Shown here: one piece after another, positions 61,013 to 64,000 of the stretch
Numbering within the stretch: the first letter of the stretch is position 1
Layout: every line of letters starts with the position of its first letter
Source: Treponema pedis
GTDB lineage: Bacteria > Spirochaetota > Spirochaetia > Treponematales > Treponemataceae
Length of the DNA: 64,000 nucleotides
Direction of reading: 5' to 3'
Assembly (NCBI RefSeq): GCF_017161325.1
Contig: NZ_CP045670.1
Span: 1,107,367 to 1,171,366, forward strand
Notes under the pieces: generated by a model
Told to the model about the DNA's origin: nothing
Database searches by the model: none
Seen by the model: the letters and a program-made list of their open reading frames with translations, nothing else
Translations under genes and position numbers: made by a program

Positions 61013-61693
61013 ATGAAAATTATAGCCGTTATGTTGTTTTCTTTTACTTCGGCTCTTATTTTTGCATGGATAATTACGAAAAAAGAAAACTTGTCGATAA
61101 AGCCGTTATTATATATTTTTTTATTTTCATTTTCAGCTGTACTCATATCTATTTTAATTCAAACCGCTGTAGAGTTTTTCTTTTTCGATTTTCTGCGGAA
61201 AGCGGATTATATAAAAATTATTCTTTTCGAGAGTTTTGCAGCCGCAGCTCTGATTGAAGAATTTACAAAAACCGTTATTTTTTATGCCTTTGTAAAATTT
61301 TTGTGGTCGGATAAGATTACTAAGGTGGACGAAAATCTTCCGGGAGAAATGCGCGAGCAAATACGAATTCTTTTATTTCTTTCAATCCTTTACGGACTTG
61401 TTTTTGCCTCCTTTGAAACTCTGGCATATACTGTCCGCGAGGGAAAATTTATTTGGGCACGTCTTTTTACCTCAAATTTTTTACATGCGGCATTCGGCAT
61501 TTATTATTTGCAAATAAGTATGAGCCGCAAATTTAAAAAAACGATTTTACCTTTTTTTTCCGTTTGGATTTTACACGGCTTATATAATATGTTTTTATCT
61601 ATGGGGATTTTCTTTTCGGTGTTTTCATATACAATTGTTTTATTTTTAATCGGTAATGTTTTAAGGCAATATGACAGATTTAAAGAGAACTGA
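61013..61693 (+). CDS. PrsW-like intramembrane metalloprotease family protein
   Basis: Start chosen at ATG 61013 (MKIIAVMLFSF); motifs EEFTK, FETLAY, NFLHAAFG; multi-TM. Confidence 0.55.
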   Translation: MKIIAVMLFSFTSALIFAWIITKKENLSIKPLLYIFLFSFSAVLISILIQTAVEFFFFDFLRKADYIKIILFESFAAAALIEEFTKTVIFYAFVKFLWSDKITKVDENLPGEMREQIRILLFLSILYGLVFASFETLAYTVREGKFIWARLFTSNFLHAAFGIYYLQISMSRKFKKTILPFFSVWILHGLYNMFLSMGIFFSVFSYTIVLFLIGNVLRQYDRFKEN

Positions 61694-62492
61694 AAGATAT
61701 TCGGTTTTTTTGCAGAAGTCTTTCAGGATATTCAGCTTTCCAAAAAAATAAACCGTGCGGCGGAGCCGTAGGACCTGCCTCTATGCGGTTTTTATCGGAG
61801 AGTATTTTTTTAAATTCATTTTTTGAAAAACCTTTTTCTTCAAGCCGCAAAATTGTTCCGGTAATTGCTCTTACCATTTTCCATAAAAAAGCGTTTGCAC
61901 AAATTTCAAAAATCAAAAAACCGTTTTCGATAAAAAAGATTGAGTTTTTTATAAATCTGTGTTTACTTACACTTTGGTCTCCGGCTGCGGAAAATGCGGT
62001 AAAATCCATTTCGCCTGAAAGACAAGAAGCCATTTCGTTTAAAACCTCAAGGTCGGGATATCGTCTTATATGAAGACAATAGGGGCTTTCATGCGCAAAA
62101 ACGGTTTTGCCGCATTTTATAAAATAGCGGTAAGTACGCGATAGGGAATTAAAGCGTGCGTGTAAATCCGGAGAAACTTCCGCCGCATTTACAATGCGTA
62201 TATCTTTCGGCAAAATCGAATTTAATGCGGGAATAAAATTTTCAGCCTGCATACTTTTTATATCGGTAAAAAAATTTACGGCTTGCCCTACGGCATGTAC
62301 CCCGGAATCCGTTCTGCCGGAGCCTATTGTTTCTATATTTCGTTTATGGATTTTAAAAAGAGCTTTTTCCAATTCGCCCTGTATCGTTCGATAGGTTTCA
62401 TTCCCGTTCTTTGTCTGTTTTTGCCAACCGCAAAAATCGGAGCCGTCATAAGAAACGGTTAAAAGAATATTACGCAAATCTTCGGACTTCAT
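61680..62492 (-). CDS. truA: tRNA pseudouridine(38-40) synthase
   Basis: SYDGSDFCGWQKQ and GRTDSGVHA motifs. Confidence 0.9.
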   Translation of the reverse strand: MKSEDLRNILLTVSYDGSDFCGWQKQTKNGNETYRTIQGELEKALFKIHKRNIETIGSGRTDSGVHAVGQAVNFFTDIKSMQAENFIPALNSILPKDIRIVNAAEVSPDLHARFNSLSRTYRYFIKCGKTVFAHESPYCLHIRRYPDLEVLNEMASCLSGEMDFTAFSAAGDQSVSKHRFIKNSIFFIENGFLIFEICANAFLWKMVRAITGTILRLEEKGFSKNEFKKILSDKNRIEAGPTAPPHGLFFWKAEYPERLLQKNRISFSSL

Positions 62493-63373
62493 TATTCTTC
62501 GTCCGTTTCTTTTAATTCTACTTTTAAAGCGTCATAAAGGTCTCGTGCAGCCTCTAAAAGAGGACCGGGTTTTGATTTACTCGATTTTCCAAGCCCGAAC
62601 ATTTTTGCTAAAGCAAATTTTTGATACTCCATACGCTTTAATCTTGCTTCCATATCGGTTTTTTGACCGTACTTATACTCAAGTAAGGCAGAAAGATAAA
62701 TAATACCGTCATAACCGTAATTTTTATCAACATCGGGACCGAAAGATTTTAAACCTGCAATAATTTCTTTTCCGCCGCTTTCAAGCTCCAAGGCTCGTCT
62801 GTATAAAAAAGTCGCTTTCCGGTAAAACACATCGGAAACATATTTATAATTTTCTTCAGGGTATTTTTTCCCCAAATCGTCAAAAAGCCAAGCGGCTCTT
62901 ATTGAAGAAATTGCCTGCTTTATTGTGGGCGAAAATTTTTCTTCAAAAAGTTCGTAACACAAAATTGCCAAATAGTATGAAGCGGCTCCCTCATTTAAAC
63001 CTCTGGACTTGGAAAAATCCACATTATGAAAAAGCCTCTTTATTGAAGTATAGCGGGCTTCCATTTCATCAAACAGTTTTTCAATTACCGGTTTTGAAGG
63101 AATATTAAAGTCTTGAGGAAAGGCTGTAAAAAGGCATTTAGGACAAACCGTAAGATTATAAATTGCCGGATATACTTCGCCGTACTTTGCGGAAGGTTCG
63201 TATAAACGCCTAAGCTCATCGGTTAAATCTCCGGCAATCAATCTTCCCCCGCCTGAATGAAGTTCTTCCCGTTTAAATTTTGTATGGCATACGGGACATT
63301 CGATTTGTTCTTTAGAATAAAACGTAATACTTCCCGTTTTGGTTTCTTTTTCGGAATGTTTTCTTCCTAACAT
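62492..63373 (-). CDS. hypothetical zinc-ribbon (CxxC...CxxC) protein, DUF2225-like
   Basis: 293 aa; CPVC...CPKC N-terminal pairs; GGAAG SD; its 5' end abuts the repeat array. Confidence 0.5.
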   Translation of the reverse strand: MLGRKHSEKETKTGSITFYSKEQIECPVCHTKFKREELHSGGGRLIAGDLTDELRRLYEPSAKYGEVYPAIYNLTVCPKCLFTAFPQDFNIPSKPVIEKLFDEMEARYTSIKRLFHNVDFSKSRGLNEGAASYYLAILCYELFEEKFSPTIKQAISSIRAAWLFDDLGKKYPEENYKYVSDVFYRKATFLYRRALELESGGKEIIAGLKSFGPDVDKNYGYDGIIYLSALLEYKYGQKTDMEARLKRMEYQKFALAKMFGLGKSSKSKPGPLLEAARDLYDALKVELKETDEE

Positions 63374-63380
63374 GATATTC

Positions 63381-64000
63381 TCCCTATAAATTCATCAAGC
63401 GCAGATTTTATCAAAAATCGAGCATTGATGAATTTCCGCCGTTTTGCAAGAGCAGCTGAAAAACGGCATACAATCCCGACGTTTGCCGAAAGGCGAACTC
63501 GCAGTTAAAATTAAGCGACGCTATCTTAGGAGCTTAATTTTAACCTCCCTATAAAATAAACAAGCGCAGAAAATATCAATTTTCGAGCATTGTTTATTTT
63601 CCGCCGTTTTGCAACGGAGTGAAAAACGGCATATAATACACGATGTTTGCCGAAAGGCAAACTCGCAGTTAAAATTAAGCGACGCTATCTTAGGAGCTTA
63701 ATTTTAACCTCCCTATAAAATAAACAAGCGCAGATTTTATCAAAAATCGAGCATTGATGAATTTCCATCGTTTTGCAAGCACAGCTGAAAAACGGCATAT
63801 AATACACGACGTTTGCCGAAAGGCGAACTCGCAGTTAAAATTAAGCGACGCTATCTTAGGAGCTTAATTTTAACCTCCCTATAAATTCATCAAGCGCAGA
63901 TTTTATCAAAAATCGAGCATTGATGAATTTCCGCCGTTTTACAACGGAGTGAGAAACGGCATATAATATACGATGTTTGCCGAAAGACAAACTCGGCAGT
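63381..64000 (+). repeat. tandem array of at least 4 copies (unit 164-166 bp, ~85-95% identity, copy starts 63381/63546/63710/63876) of a structured repeat; array continues beyond the window. Each unit carries a promoter-like TTGCAA-17/19-TATAAT, a GAAA-tetraloop hairpin, a 12-bp hairpin and a 10-bp stem with compensatory substitutions.
   Basis: Direct comparison of copies. Stem aattcatcaa/ttgatgaatt (copies 1, 4) is replaced by aaataaacaa/ttgtttattt (copy 2). Inner stem gatttt/aaaatc becomes gaaaat/attttc. Hairpin gtttgcc-GAAA-ggcaaac. Stem ttaaaattaagc/gcttaattttaa encloses a taggag loop. Confidence 0.85.

Noticed and set aside
63381-64000. CRISPR array interpretation of the terminal repeats
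   Set aside because: The whole 165-bp unit, including what would be the spacer, is repeated at ~90% identity with compensatory changes; no short constant repeat/unique spacer alternation and no cas genes.

Overview
64 kb chromosomal segment, AT-rich (roughly 35-40% GC by eye), densely coding on both strands, with several conspicuous non-coding repeat structures. Gene content resembles an oral Treponema-type spirochete: MCP chemoreceptor, BMP/TmpC-like lipoprotein ABC system, BspA-type LRR lipoprotein, parA-parB, amino-acid fermentation genes. The organism call is inference only. Recognisable blocks, in order: DUF1667 + FGGY sugar kinase operon; a U32 peptidase interrupted by a 1-nt frameshift in a poly-A tract; a LarE-like PP-loop ATPase; three consecutive ABC exporters; TraB, NrnA, CobO and ParB-ParA; an MCP; an EamA transporter; a citrate fermentation locus (GntR regulator, split 2-hydroxycarboxylate transporter, oxaloacetate decarboxylase subunits with a separate biotin carrier, citDEF) ending at a CPBP protease; an SPFH protein + SppA + YchF; a candidate ~200-nt sRNA or leader with a consensus promoter, a C12 tract and a strong terminator upstream of an LRR lipoprotein; murD; a BMP-family nucleoside-type ABC transporter; glmS-glmL (B12 glutamate mutase S and L) without glmE; a BON-GlpA-like-BFD oxidoreductase; a Wzz/Wza-like pair; pta; a TPR protein; pepF; clpB; aroK; a PrsW-like protease; truA. 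The most unusual items are (i) a tandem array of at least four ~165-bp structured repeat units at 63381-64000, showing compensatory base changes in stems, a GAAA-tetraloop hairpin and a promoter-like box in every unit, running off the window end, plus an inverted partial copy at 55817-55870; (ii) a (TTGCTGC)14 heptanucleotide microsatellite flanked by duplicated promoter-like boxes at 1209-1410; (iii) homopolymer-associated switches, namely the A7 tract in the U32 peptidase and the C12 tract upstream of the surface lipoprotein gene. No rRNA, tRNA, CRISPR array, transposase or integrase was recognisable.
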